A stretch of 63,725 bases of DNA, counting the filler, from Folioceros fuciformis (lineage: Eukaryota), in NCBI GenBank assembly GCA_049999805.1. It is 19 parts of 19 records of this genome, joined end to end, with 100 filler letters (N's around TTAATTAATTAA, not from the genome) between each part and the next. Parts side by side here need not be neighbours in the genome. Positions count along the whole stretch, not along the records: positions 1 to 2,499 come from JBNGIO010006556.1; positions 2,600 to 4,224 come from JBNGIO010006558.1; positions 4,325 to 5,446 come from JBNGIO010006559.1; positions 5,547 to 6,808 come from JBNGIO010006560.1; positions 6,909 to 12,356 come from JBNGIO010006561.1; 14 more parts are not named here. The stretch is one strand, 5' to 3'. This document shows, piece after piece, positions 1 through 12,121 of this stretch. Made by a program: the position numbers and the translations under genes. The number at the start of each line of letters is the position of its first letter. Positions within the stretch are counted from its first letter, which is position 1. The notes below the pieces were generated by a model that worked only from the letters and a program-made list of their open reading frames with translations, was not told where the DNA came from and did not search any database.

Positions 1-36
1 GACAAGCATATGACTACTGGCAGGATCAACCAGGTA
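1..36 (-). rRNA. 18S rRNA: 18S rRNA gene, 5' end (truncated by window edge)
   Basis: Reverse complement of 1-36 is TACCTGGTTGATCCTGCCAGTAGTCATATGCTTGTC, the conserved eukaryotic 18S 5' terminus. Confidence 0.97.
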
Positions 37-969
37 GCATTCCTTTGCCAACGCTGGCACCGCGCAGGGAGACCCTACAACGAGCACAGCAGTCGTACAT
101 GTCTAGCGACAAAACGCTGGAAATCGGGCGTTAAGGGTGCGAAGACCCCATGCCCACCGAATGTTCTGTATCCGAGACATCAAGCAGCAACCTGGGAACC
201 GTTGCAAGGTGCACACCTAAAGGCATGCCAATGCAAGGGGCACAGGCTCTACTACGATGTCCTTCCCCTAACCGGATGGCTCAGGGAAGGAAAGGGTCAA
301 CAAGAGGCACCATTCCTTTACAATAGGTAGCTAATACAGGAATCCGTTCAAAAGCACAAGAAATTCTTGATGCATCACTGACGTGGAGCATGCGCTGACA
401 GTTCAATGCCTAAGCAATGAGCCCGCCAACCCACATAACCAATTCACCACTCACACACCGCTACGTTAGCAAAACCCAACAACACTAAACAAACCACAGC
501 CCTAGCTTGCACAAATGCTAGCTAGCAATGCAGACAATCAAGTGAAGCCAAGCCAAGCACTGCCCGGTATGACAAAAAACAAACGCCAACAAGCTCCCAG
601 CGACACTCACTCATTTGCAACGAGAGGTCACAACCCCTCCCGCTGCGCACAAGCTTTCATCACTGAAAACTCAACCATCACATCCCACACAAGCTCCCCG
701 CGACGCTCACTCATTTGCAACGAGAGGTCACAACCCCTCCCGCTGCGCACAAGCTTTCATCACTGAAAACTCAACCATTCAGCTAATCCAAAACAACCCC
801 GTCCACCACGACAGCCCTCCGCCCCTCCACATGCAATGTGCTCACAATTTCATCTAAGACAACATGTTGTGAGCAAAAAGCATGTGGGGGGGCAGAAGGG
901 GGTCTGCAGGGGGTGTTGGAAGGGTCTTGCCTGCTTGGGGTTCAAAAGTCAAGCAAACACCACTCCCCT
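37..969 (-). other. 5' external transcribed spacer (ETS) of 45S rDNA
   Basis: Lies directly upstream of the 18S 5' end and extends to the putative Pol I start motif at ~969. Confidence 0.8.
591..778. repeat. ETS subrepeat, 100-bp period, ~2 copies
   Basis: aagctccc...tcatttgcaacgagaggtcacaacccctcccgctgcgcacaagctttcatcactgaaaactcaaccat starts at 591 and again at 691. Confidence 0.95.
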
Positions 970-975
970 ATAGAG
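963..975 (-). promoter_or_regulatory. Putative RNA polymerase I transcription initiation site
   Basis: Minus strand reads CTCTATAGGGGAG, resembling the plant TATATAGGG initiator, with an AT-rich domain upstream. Confidence 0.6.
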
Positions 976-2499
976 CATATCAGCCTTACATGGCCAAGGC
1001 AGGGGGGAACATCAATATATCCGAGGAGACTAATTGGCCATAACTAATTCAACATAAGTTATAAAATCGGGATTGTATGAAGATACACTAAGAATAATGT
1101 CAGTAATATTGAGAAAAAAATTCAGAGTTTTTTTCAACCAGAAAGTATATATTTTTATTTTCCCAATTGGCAAAAATAAGGAAAATCGTAAAAATTCAAC
1201 ATAAGTTATAAAATCGGGATTTTTTGCAGAGACACTAAGAATAATGTCAGTAACATTGAGAAAAATTTTCAGAATTTTTTTCAACCCGGAAGTATATATT
1301 TTTATTTTCCCAATTGGCAAAAATAGGGAAAATCGTAAAAAAGAAACCGTTTGATATTTTTGAGTTCCGTCACTTGGAGCAGGTCCTAAAAATCATGTTT
1401 TATGTGTGGTGAAATTATGGCACAGAAATTTTGAAGAAAAAGTGGTCTTGACATGGTTTGGCATTCTTTTGGCGCACGGCATGCCAACGAGTGCCAAACC
1501 TTGTCAACTCTATTTTTTTTATTGAAAATCATGCTCTTTATTATGATGGGAACTCGTAGATAATGATTTTTAGGACATTTTGGAAGCAATCTCTCGTAAT
1601 TTCATCGAGTTTTCTATTTTTTACGATTTTCCAAAGTTCAAAACTGAAAAAAAATCATAAAAAATAGAAAACTAGATTAATTCATGATCTCTTGCTTTGA
1701 AAATGTCCTAAAATTCATCCTCTACAATTTCGGTAGGGCTTGTGAGGGGATTTTTGATAACAATTGGTGTTGACAGGGTTTGGCATTCGTGGCATGCTAT
1801 TTTGGCACTGCCAGCCTTGCCTGCCATGCAGCGCGTTAGCCTCGCCATGACGCGCCTTGGCATTGCATTTGACTCGCTAGGAAGCCTTGGCATTGCATTT
1901 GACTCGCTAGTTAGCCTTGGCACTCTGTCACTGGCCGGCTTACTACGCAGCGAAATTATAGCCCGTCAGGCGCCTAGGTTCCTCTGAACCGAGGCCAGTC
2001 CTTGATACTCCATTTTCTTTCCCTCTATGTTCTTCTCTTGTCAATCTGACCCCTTACTTGTTGGGGTTTACTCATGAGTCTCACACCTTGTGACTAACCG
2101 ATCGTTTCCGTGTGTCATGGTTGTCTTCCAAGACACTCGCCCAACCGATAGGCTTCCGTGTCATCCTGGCTTGTGTCAACCCATTGCTGACCCGCGTGCA
2201 TCTCGCACATCTATAGCAAGTAGCATGACAGTGCGCCGAGACCTAGCTGCACTTCACATTCCCTCGTTGGGTCATTCCTTAGTAGCTTGCACAACTCATT
2301 CGCCTTGTGGGCACCACTCAGACAACCCACTCGGCTCATGGGCAACATCTTGGCCATGTGGCCTTTCCCTTCTAACGAGGCTAACCATGTTCTCTTCTTG
2401 ATGACTGTCATGGCACTGAGGGCTGTTCCTGCCCGTAGGCCAAACCTCAAGCGGCCGTGCAGTCTTACATGTTGGCACGCCGCTCGCGAGCTTTGCTTT
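970..2499 (-). other. rDNA intergenic spacer with AT-rich domain and subrepeats
   Basis: A 147-bp AT-rich duplication (aattcaacataagttataaaatcgggatt at ~1046 and ~1193) and a 30-bp duplication (gccttggcattgcatttgactcgctag at ~1854 and ~1884), upstream of the TIS. Confidence 0.7.
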
Positions 2500-2599
2500 N
2501 NNNNNNNNNNNNNNNNNNNNNNNNNNNNNNNNNNNNNNNNNNNTTAATTAATTAANNNNNNNNNNNNNNNNNNNNNNNNNNNNNNNNNNNNNNNNNNNN

Positions 2600-3115
2600 T
2601 CCCCTATCCCTCTCCTCTTCTCCTGGTCTATGATCTTGCAAATTATCCTCCTGCCAGTAATTCGGCTGCCAATTTCCCCCTTGCCCATAATCTGGCTGCC
2701 AATAATGTTGATCATACCAACTCCTGTGCCAATCCCCTGTCTCATTGTCTTGCTCATCTTCGTCCTCACAATTGTCTTGCTCGTCCTCATCGTCCCAATT
2801 GTCTTGGTCATTCGCATCCTCCCAGTTGTCTTGGTCACTCACATCCTCCCTATCCTCATCCTCCTCTTCCTGCGCATCCTCCTCCTCCAAATCGTCAATC
2901 GAAGCCACTGCAGCGAGGAATTTTTGAAGAATTCTCACAACTTCCAGCTGCACGACAAGGACAGACGCCAGAGTCCTTTTCATATCCTCCAGCTCCTTCT
3001 TCTCTTCTTCCCCAGCCTCGTTCGAAATCGTCGGGAAAGGAAATAAACGTGGAATGATACGTAACAAATATCCCAACACTATCCCAAATGATGTGAAAAT
3101 AATTTTAAGATCCAT
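2600..3115 (-). CDS. Hypothetical protein: N-terminal hydrophobic segment, acidic 9-aa repeats, 3' truncated
   Basis: ATG-initiated ORF open to the gap, with DQDNWEDAN/DQDNWDDED/EQDNCEDED repeats and WQP[DN]Y repeats; GC-richer than the AT-rich flank. No family recognised. Confidence 0.45.
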
Positions 3116-4399
3116 ATTGGAGCTCTAAAATTCTACCAAACTCTTAGCTGCTCTCCCTAACTTGAGCGATGCCCTTGACAAGCCTCCGATTTGCTTGAAG
3201 AGTTTGATTCGCTCTTCTTTCGCTTCTTCCACTTGCTGGAAGAGCTCTTGATAGTCAACAACTTTGAGCTTGCATGAAATTTGCTCCCGTGGATAAACTG
3301 AAGCTTAAACTATTTAGCCTTCACTTCCTTGGACCATTTAAGTATAAAAATACTCTTAAAAATACCTCACTAGCTCATCTCATTCTTATCTGAGTAGTTA
3401 CTTTGTTTAGAATTCATTGGAGGTGTACATTTCTAGGCTGTTTTAAGGAAACATAAACATGAACCTTATTTCCATTACAATATATCATTAACTCATCTAT
3501 CTAATCAATTATTTTTCATAAGATCCACTGTAACCTTATATTGTAGGTTTTTTTAAAAGGAAGGATACTCATACGTTATAGTCTCATTAAAACAACTTGT
3601 TAGATCATCTCATTTAAGGAGTTATTTCTCATAGGATGTATTACAACAACACATTATAGGTTTCTTTCCCAAGAAAAAAATCAAATTTATTAAGATGATA
3701 ACTTTCACATATAGTATTTACACTTATTTTCACCTTCTTTTTTAACTTCTGAAAAAAACTATTTAATTAGCAAGTATTTATTAAACACTAAACGGATAAA
3801 GGATGAAAAAACTAATTCTGTTTGAATAACATGATGTGCAATGTAATATTAGAACTATATTTTTTATCTCATAATAATAATAATAATTTTATTCAGTTTC
3901 ATTTCATCATTTGATAAACAAGTATTTTATAAAACATAAAATGAGTTTAGAGTTTAGGGTTAAACCCTAAACCCTACTCGCTAAACCCAAAAAGTGGGTT
4001 TATAAAATATTTTAACACCCCCAAAAGGATCTATGATTTTTTATTAGATTTGATTCTACCATATAATAAATAAATATTTTATTCATATATATTATATTAA
4101 TATTATATTAAATATTATGAATATTATATTAAATAAATTGAAATTTATTCAAGAATGAGAAGAGGAAACAACCAAACGAGGGTGATACGTGCTATTTTCA
4201 TCCAATTTCATTTCACCCTCTAATNNNNNNNNNNNNNNNNNNNNNNNNNNNNNNNNNNNNNNNNNNNNTTAATTAATTAANNNNNNNNNNNNNNNNNNNN
4301 NNNNNNNNNNNNNNNNNNNNNNNNCTTCATGCCCTTCACCTAGAACTTTATAACACTATACCACAAGGTCTTCTTGACCACATAGTTGAGGAGCCTTTT

Positions 4400-5045
4400 T
4401 GCTTAGCTAAGGTTGTGTTTGGTCATGCACTCTCTTCTGCGCCGCGACTTTCTTTCAGAGGATGCTCTAAGTGGATTTTTTCGAAGCTTTATTCACTAGG
4501 GGCGAAGTTCTAAATTGAATCTCTCAGGTTTTGGCGGCTAGTAGGATGCTAGCATTGAAAAAACCCAACTCAAGAGTGTGTCCTATTGCCATGGGGAAGG
4601 TGTTTCTACGCCTTATCAGCCAAAGTATCACAATTCAACTTCTGGAGCGCTTCCAGCCGCATCTTTGCTTATCACCCCCTCACAAGGATTTTGAGTCTTA
4701 GGTGTTCTCATGGGACCTCCTGATTTTGTTTATCGGTTTGTGAATGTAGCATTGGATGAAGATTTAGCTCATATCATGGACCTTTTACAAATTGGTAACC
4801 CTTAAATTGTGTTTGCTATTCTTTCTTCCTGTTTTGCGCGGCGACCATGTTACTTTACTAGAACTGTTGCACCTTCTTTAGCTTGCTTATCAAGTCTCAT
4901 GAAGTTTGGCAATCAAGTTATGCAAGCTCTTGGGGACATCATATGTCTCGACACCTTTGAGTGTGCCGTTGGTGATTTGGCTCGGAACCAAGCTTTCTTG
5001 CAAATCAACTGCCTTTGGAGGGGTTGGCCTTTTGGACATTGAGGC
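4400..5045 (+). mobile_element. Degenerate non-LTR retrotransposon RT fragment (CRE/SLACS-like)
   Basis: Broken frames give MLALKKPNSRVCPIAMGKVFLRLIS, VLGVLMGPPDFV and RRPCYFTRTVAP...ARNQAFL, the motif order of CRE-clade RTs. The RT core between them appears deleted. Confidence 0.6.
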
Positions 5046-5546
5046 CTCTGCCCTTTATATATAGATATTGATCATGGAAAAAAAATTTATTTAAATCTTT
5101 ATTTGCTGTTGAGAAAAGTAAAATTTTATTTCCATATACTTTCTTTAGATCATCTAGACAAAATTAATTTGATCTTTATTTCCTATCGAGAGGAGTTTAA
5201 AATTTTATTTTAATATATTTTCTTTAAATCATCGAAACAAAATTAGATCAAACTTTATTTCCTTTCGAGAGGGGAGTGAAGTTTTATTGCAATATTTGTT
5301 TCACATGATCGATATAGAAGGATTTTCATCCATACTTCTTGGGAATAGAAGAGTATATATGTAGAAGCATACGCAATGTTTTTGCCGTGGAAAGCGGATC
5401 TCAATAGTGGCACAATGATTGTAAGTCTTCTTTATTCTTCTTGTTTNNNNNNNNNNNNNNNNNNNNNNNNNNNNNNNNNNNNNNNNNNNNTTAATTAATT
5501 AANNNNNNNNNNNNNNNNNNNNNNNNNNNNNNNNNNNNNNNNNNNN

Positions 5547-6808
5547 GTGCTCGATGCAGTACATTTGATAGTCTCCATGTCCCTATCCACGGTTGACCTG
5601 ATCTTGTCCATTTTTCACTCCACGATGGATAGAGTGACCTCGTAGCCCTTTACTCAGTGGTGGATTTCCAACGTTCCACCCCTTCTCTACTTATCTTAAG
5701 TACCACATTCTAATCTACGACAAGTGATCATAAAGCCTGGCATGTTTACTTGACACTAGACCACAGCCTTCCTCTTCAAACCAAAGTAAGTTTGGTCTGG
5801 AGAATCAAAGTGCTCAATGGAGGACTTGATTTATAACATAAATGCTTTCTCCACTCAATTCAGCACATTACTCACAATACTCTTTGCAGTTATCGTATGC
5901 GGCCTTCGAAATTGTGGAGCTGCAAGCTGCAGCATCTATGGGATCAGATCCTGCACAGCTGGTTTGTTGAGAAGTGGAGATGCACGTGCACTGGCAGCTA
6001 CCAGTCCGCGACATTGGATGCTATTCACTGCACACTGCCAGGCCATGCATCGGTTTTGAACGTCGGCAGATGTGTTTCATAGTAATCCAACGGAAGTGAG
6101 GATAAAATAATGTTCCCGAATCATGCCNNNNNNNNNNNNNNNNNNNNNNNNNNNNNNNNNNNNNNNNNNNNNNNNNNNNNNNNNNNNNNNNNNNNNNNNN
6201 NNNNNNNNNNNNNNNNNNNNNNNNNNNGTGCTCGATGCAGTACATTTGATAGTCTCCATGTCCCTATCCACGGTTGACCTGATCTTGTCCATTTTTCACT
6301 CCACGATGGATAGAGTGACCTCGTAGCCCTTTACTCAGTGGTGGATTTCCAACGTTCCACCCCTTCTCTACTTATCTTAAGTACCACATTCTAATCTACG
6401 ACAAGTGATCATAAAGCCTGGCATGTTTACTTGACACTAGACCACAGCCTTCCTCTTCAAACCAAAGTAAGTTTGGTCTGGAGAATCAAAGTGCTCAATG
6501 GAGGACTTGATTTATAACATAAATGCTTTCTCCACTCAATTCAGCACATTACTCACAATACTCTTTGCAGTTATCGTATGCGGCCTTCGAAATTGTGGAG
6601 CTGCAAGCTGCAGCATCTATGGGATCAGATCCTGCACAGCTGGTTTGTTGAGAAGTGGAGATGCACGTGCACTGGCAGCTACCAGTCCGCGACATTGGAT
6701 GCTATTCACTGCACACTGCCAGGCCATGCATCGGTTTTGAACGTCGGCAGATGTGTTTCATAGTAATCCAACGGAAGTGAGGATAAAATAATGTTCCCGA
6801 ATCATGCC
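5547..6808. repeat. Identical 581-bp segment duplicated across a 100-N gap (probable assembly artefact)
   Basis: 5547-6127 matches 6228-6808. Confidence 0.9.
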
Positions 6809-7246
6809 NNNNNNNNNNNNNNNNNNNNNNNNNNNNNNNNNNNNNNNNNNNNTTAATTAATTAANNNNNNNNNNNNNNNNNNNNNNNNNNNNNNNNNNNN
6901 NNNNNNNNTTCTTGCCTACGCCTATCGGCCTTCCGCGCGTACTCGACACTTGTCATGGTATCAGAGCAGGAATCACCTCGATTCCTGGTCTGACTTAATC
7001 GATCACAGTCATGCAACACGGCGCTGGGATTTTCTCCATCCCTTGGTGAATTTTTCCAGTCACGCTGCGTTGTGTCTGCATTTTAGATCTGGTCCGAAGC
7101 CATGGCCACTTCTCTGGTGGCAGGCTTGCACGGCGTCTTCACTTCGTCAGCCTGAGCGTTGCTATCTCGGTTGCGCTGCTGTCACAAATGCATCTGGAGA
7201 ATTCTCTCTGGAGAATGTCGATGGCAGCAAGCATGGGTTAGTGACA

Positions 7247-7486
7247 ATGCCTGGTTTGCGAAAACAGCAGCGCCTTGCAAGGAGGGCCAGCAGACAACAA
7301 GCACTGCGAGACTGGGAACGAAGGCAGGAGGAGGCTTACATGCGTTCTCTTGCACCCACGCGCTGGCAGCAGGTTTGGATCAAAATTTGCATCATTTGTG
7401 AACTAATGGCCACGAACATTGTACAAGGTTATCCAGCCCTGGACGGTTACGACTGGAGTAACATAGATGTGTCGGATCTACTCTGA
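7247..7486 (+). CDS. Small accessory ORF in copia-1 leader (Arg-rich, CxxC)
   Basis: ATG-initiated MPGLRKQQRLARRASRQQ...KICIICEL..., located between PBS and gag. Confidence 0.3.
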   Translation: MPGLRKQQRLARRASRQQALRDWERRQEEAYMRSLAPTRWQQVWIKICIICELMATNIVQGYPALDGYDWSNIDVSDLL

Positions 7487-7491
7487 ATGCG

Positions 7492-7773
7492 ATGTTGCTC
7501 CTTTCCAGCAAAGAGATCCTGGACCTGCACCTCCCAATAACAGCAGATGAAGCCTTTGTGCATCTGCATTATCATGTGACGTGCCTGTTTTACAAAGCAC
7601 AAGTTTATCAGCCACTTTATGTCATCAAGCAGTTTGCCTCTCATATCCTGTACAACATACGCCTGGAACATGCATTGACTGAGGCCAATACCTTGAGAGT
7701 TAAACTGCATATTTGCAAGGAGACAGGGAAAGAAGCTTCCCTCAAGGCCGACTGGCTGAGCCTGAAGCCCTAA
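7492..7773 (+). CDS. Second small accessory ORF in copia-1 leader (93 aa)
   Basis: Starts 5 nt after the previous ORF and ends 16 nt before the gag ATG. Confidence 0.3.
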   Translation: MLLLSSKEILDLHLPITADEAFVHLHYHVTCLFYKAQVYQPLYVIKQFASHILYNIRLEHALTEANTLRVKLHICKETGKEASLKADWLSLKP

Positions 7774-7789
7774 GGGGCAGTCCAAGAAC

Positions 7790-10700
7790 ATGGCCCAGCA
7801 GCAGACTCCTCAACATCCTGCAATCAACATACCAAAGGAGGATAAGTTTGATGGATCTAATTATCATGTATGGCAGAAAAGCATGGAGGAGATTCTCAAA
7901 TCGAGAAAACTGTGGGCACACGTCTATGGTGTGGGTAAACCTCCCGTACCCACACCCAAGCCAGGAGTTGGAGCCACACCAGAAGAAGTGGTTGCATGGG
8001 AGGAGGCTGACCAGTTGGCGCGTACCTTGCTGCACTTCAGTGTAAAGAGCAGCCATACCGGAGTGTTTCAAGGTGCAGAAGAGAGTGCTGCTGCCTGGTG
8101 GAGACAAATCAAGGCATTGTACGATTCAAGGGATCTCATGCTGCAAACATTTGTACTTAGGCAATTTATGAGCCTGAAAATGAAGGAGTCAGACTCCGTG
8201 GATCAGCATGTACTCGAGTTCCGTAACTCAAGAGCAAGAGTGGTATCAGCAGGCTTCAATATTGAGGAGGAGCTCCTGGCGGTCATCCTCCTCACCACCT
8301 TGCCCGAGACATGGTCAAGTGTGGTTCAGGGCCTGCAAGGCATACAAGCTATTTCAGTCAATCGTGTGATAGCAGCCATGCTCACAGAAGAATCTCGAAG
8401 GAAAATTGCAAGTTCGTCTCTCTCTGGAGGAGGAGACAAGGCCCTGTGGACTGGCAAACCTGGCAGAGGTCGAGGTCGAGGTCGTCCATTTGGTAGAGGC
8501 CGAGGCAGAGGCCGAGGCACTAGCTCTAGGCCTCAAAATTCTGGTAGTGGCAGAGGAAGGCCCCCATGTGGGCACTACGGCATGACAAATCACACCTGGG
8601 AAGTCTGCCGCAAGAGACTGGCTGGAGAAGGTGGACCTTCAGGGCACCTGGCAGTGACCATGCAGAAGTACAGCAGAGCATTTTGTACAAGTGTTATTTA
8701 TGACACCTCAGTGACCTCACCTCGAGATCACTCTTCTAAACAATGCAATGTAGTCACCTGTTTCGCCAGCCAACCTGCACACACCTGGTATATCGACAGC
8801 GGAGCCTCTCAGCATATGACACCGTATGCTGCATACTTTACAGAGTTGAACGAGAGCACACCTGCCAAGTTTGTGTGCCTAGGAGACAACTCCCAGCATG
8901 CGATTGCTGGACAGGGGACTGTACAGCTCGACCTGAAGCCTGATCAGCACCTGGAAATTTCGGATGTGCTGTATGTACCTGGACTAGCGAAGAATCTTGT
9001 TTCAGTTCGGAAAATTGACCAGTCGGGCTGCTATGTGTGTTTTGGAGATGGTAGATGTGTCGTCGAGAACAAGGATGGCACCCTCTTGGCCACTGGACAC
9101 CTGCAGCAGGACGACCTATATCATTTAGATGTGACGGAAGAGCAGGCCCTCTCCGCTTCTGATCACTCGCATTATGCAAAGCCATCTCTCACGTACCTTT
9201 GGCACCTTCGCCTGGGTCATATTAATTTTCAGAAGCTTGTGAGCATGTACAAAGATAAGCTGGTGGACGGTATCACACTTGACAACCTCCAGAATTTTGG
9301 AGTGTGTGAGGCTTGTGTGTTGGGCAAACACAAGCGCACATCCTTCCCTGTTGGACAAGCAACAAGAGCCACAGAAATCTTAGGGCTCGTACACAGTGAT
9401 GTATGCGGAAAGCTACCAGTATCTCTTGGAGGGAAGGAGTATTTTACCACTTTCATCGATGACTACACCCGTTTTTGTGTAGTATATTTCCTGAAGCAGA
9501 AGTCAGAAACTTTCGCATGCTTTGTGGAGTACAAGGCTTGGGCTGAGACCCAAACTGGTCATCGTCTGAAAATCCTGAGGTCCGACAACGGCGGTGAGTA
9601 CACATCCAAGGAATTCGATGCTTTTTGCACCCAGCATGGCATCGCTAGGCAGCTGACGAACGCCTATACCCCACAACAGAATGGGGTTTCTGAACACAAG
9701 AATCAGTCCTTGGAGACTTCGGCTTCCAGCATGCTCCAGTACGCAAATCTGCCAAAAGCTTACTGGGCAGAGGCAGTAGGGTATGCTACCTACATTCAAA
9801 ACCGGGTAGCCCACAAATCTGTGAAGGGAAAAACACCTTATGAAATGTGGACAGGCAGGAAGCCCAACCTTGCTCACCTCCGTGTCTTTGGCTCGTCGGT
9901 GTACACCCAAATCCACAAGGACCTGCGTAGAAAGTTCGAACCCAAGTCCAACCATTGTATTTTTATCGGGTTCACTGACGGCATCAAAGGGTATAAGGTG
10001 CTCAATCGGCGAACGAAGGTCGTCACCCATTCCAGGGACGTGGTGTTCGTCGAAGGAGTGGAGTCCCAACAGCCAGTGGGAGCAACTCCTCCTGACTATT
10101 CCAGCTCGGATGATGGCTCAGCAGAAGAGGAGGAGGAGATGATGGTTGGCGATATACGCGTTCCTCTTCCTGCTGCGCCAGCAGTACCTGCAGCACAACC
10201 ACAGGCGTCACCAGTCAGACCTCCAGCACCACAGTCACCCATTATGCAGACACCTATGCGCACACCTGGACGCATAATTAGCAGCCGGAATCTGCAAGAC
10301 ACACCTTCAGCTGGGTCTTTGACCTTTGAAGAGCCCGAGACAGTGATTCCGTCAGCTTCTCCAGTTGAGCAGCACAGAAGGAAGCCTCGGCAGTCTCAGA
10401 GAACACGCCGACCACCAGATATGTTTGCACCCGAAGATTTTCGGCATCCTAAATCAAACCTGTCCTACTGCCTAGCTGCCAACACCGTTCTGTACGAACC
10501 TCCTACGTATGAAGCAGCACTCAGCTGCCCTGATGCTGAACATTGGCATAACGCCATCCAGTCTGAACTAGCTTCTCTGTATGAGAACCAAACCTGGACT
10601 ATAGCTAGTCTCCCTGCAGACAGGAAACCAGTGGGCAGTAAGTGGGTGTTCAAGATTAAACTAAAAGCTGATGGAAGCATCGCGAGGTATAAAGCAAGGT

Positions 10701-12121
10701 TAGTAGCAAAAGGGTATTCACAAATACCTGGGGTGGACTATGATGACACGTTCAGCCCTGTTGTTAAGCTCACTACCTTGCGAATGTTTGTGGCACTTGC
10801 CGCGGTGAACAATCTCGAGCTGGAGCAGCTCGATGTCACCACAGCATTTCTTTATGGGAACCTGCAGGAGGAGATATATATGCAAGTGCCTGCAGGAGTA
10901 TCAGTGCCTACGAATTTGTCTCGTCCCGTATGCAAACTTAGAAAGACTTTGTATGGGCTTAAGCAAAGCCCCCGAGCATGGTACGAAAGAATCCACACGT
11001 ACCTGACAGAGCTCGGATATGGAAGCTTGCACGCTGACAGTAACGTCTATGTGAAAAGAGAAGGGACAAGCTTCCTGGCACTCGCCATTTATGTGGATGA
11101 TATCATCATCCTCAGTAACTCTCTACGCATGATATCTGACTTGAAGGAAAACCTGAGAAGAGCATTTAAGACTACAGAGGCTGGTGCTCTCTCCTACTGC
11201 TTGGGCATGCAGCTACTTCGAAATCGGGGTGCGGGCACCATTTTCCTGCACCAGCACAAGTATGCTCAGTAGATTTTGGCCAGATATGGCATGACTGGCT
11301 GCAAGCCTGTAGCTACTTCAGTAGAGCAGAATGTAAAGTACACTCAGCAGCAGGGAGAGATACCTGAGGAGGACGCACACTATGTCGAGTTGTATTCATC
11401 GGAGAACGGAAGCATAATGCATTTGATGATAGGCAGCAGGCCTGATCTGGCGTTCACCTCTGGACTGACCTCACGGTTTGTCTCAAATCCCAATCGAGCA
11501 CATCAAGACCTGATGACAAGGGTCTATAGGTATATTGCTGGGACAGCTGAGTGGGGGATCTTGTACAGCTCGAAGGCAAAGAATGCACTGCGTCTTACAG
11601 TCTACAGCGACGCTGACTGGGGTGGAGACCCAGACAGCCGCAAGAGCATTAGTAGTTATGTGACAATCCTAGCAGGCGGGGCAATCTCATGGAGCAGCAA
11701 GAAGCAGTCAACCATTGCCCTGTCCTCTACGGAAGCGGAATACAAGAGCCTCACGGAGGCGTGCAAAGAAATCACCTGGTCAGTGGGAGCATTGAGAGAG
11801 CTGGGCATACCGCAGGAACTGCCAATAGATTTGCTGTGTGACAACCAGAGCGCAATCGCGCTAACGATGAATCCTCGCTTCCACGCCAGGACCAAGCATA
11901 TTGGAATTGAGCATCACTACATCCGCGAATCTGTAGCTCAAGGCCTGGTAAAGATCTCCTACTGCCCCACAGAAGCAATGACCGCAGACATACTGACGAA
12001 GGCCTTGGGGCGCATCAAGCATTATGAGCATGCGGCGGCCATGGGGCTGAGATCAGCAGGCAATCCCTTGAGGTGGAGCACAGCGGCGGACCGGAGAGCA
12101 AGCACGGAGCGTGAAGATTGA
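7790..12121 (+). pseudogene. Copia gag-PR-IN-RT-RNaseH polyprotein with one in-frame stop (11270-11272)
   Basis: FDGSNYHVW (gag), degenerate knuckle CGHYGMTNHTWEVC, WYIDSGAS (protease), WHLRLGH..CEAC, HSDVCG, LRSDNGGEY, PQQNGVSE (integrase), YKARLVAKG, YVDD (RT), YSDADW, ADILTKAL (RNaseH). Confidence 0.95.

Noticed and set aside
10-2478. ORFs over the rDNA contig
   Set aside because: They overlap 18S/ETS/IGS sequence and subrepeats, so they are non-coding.
2630-3046. Very hydrophobic 138-aa ORF
   Set aside because: Antisense shadow of the acidic repeat ORF.
5547-6808. Apparent tandem duplicated 80-aa gene
   Set aside because: Exact duplication flanking a 100-N gap indicates a scaffolding artefact, and the ORFs have no recognisable features.
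11270-11275. Programmed stop-codon readthrough or U-to-C repair in copia pol
   Set aside because: The stop lies inside RT and lacks a CARYYA readthrough context, and plant U-to-C editing is organellar. A simple nonsense mutation is more likely.
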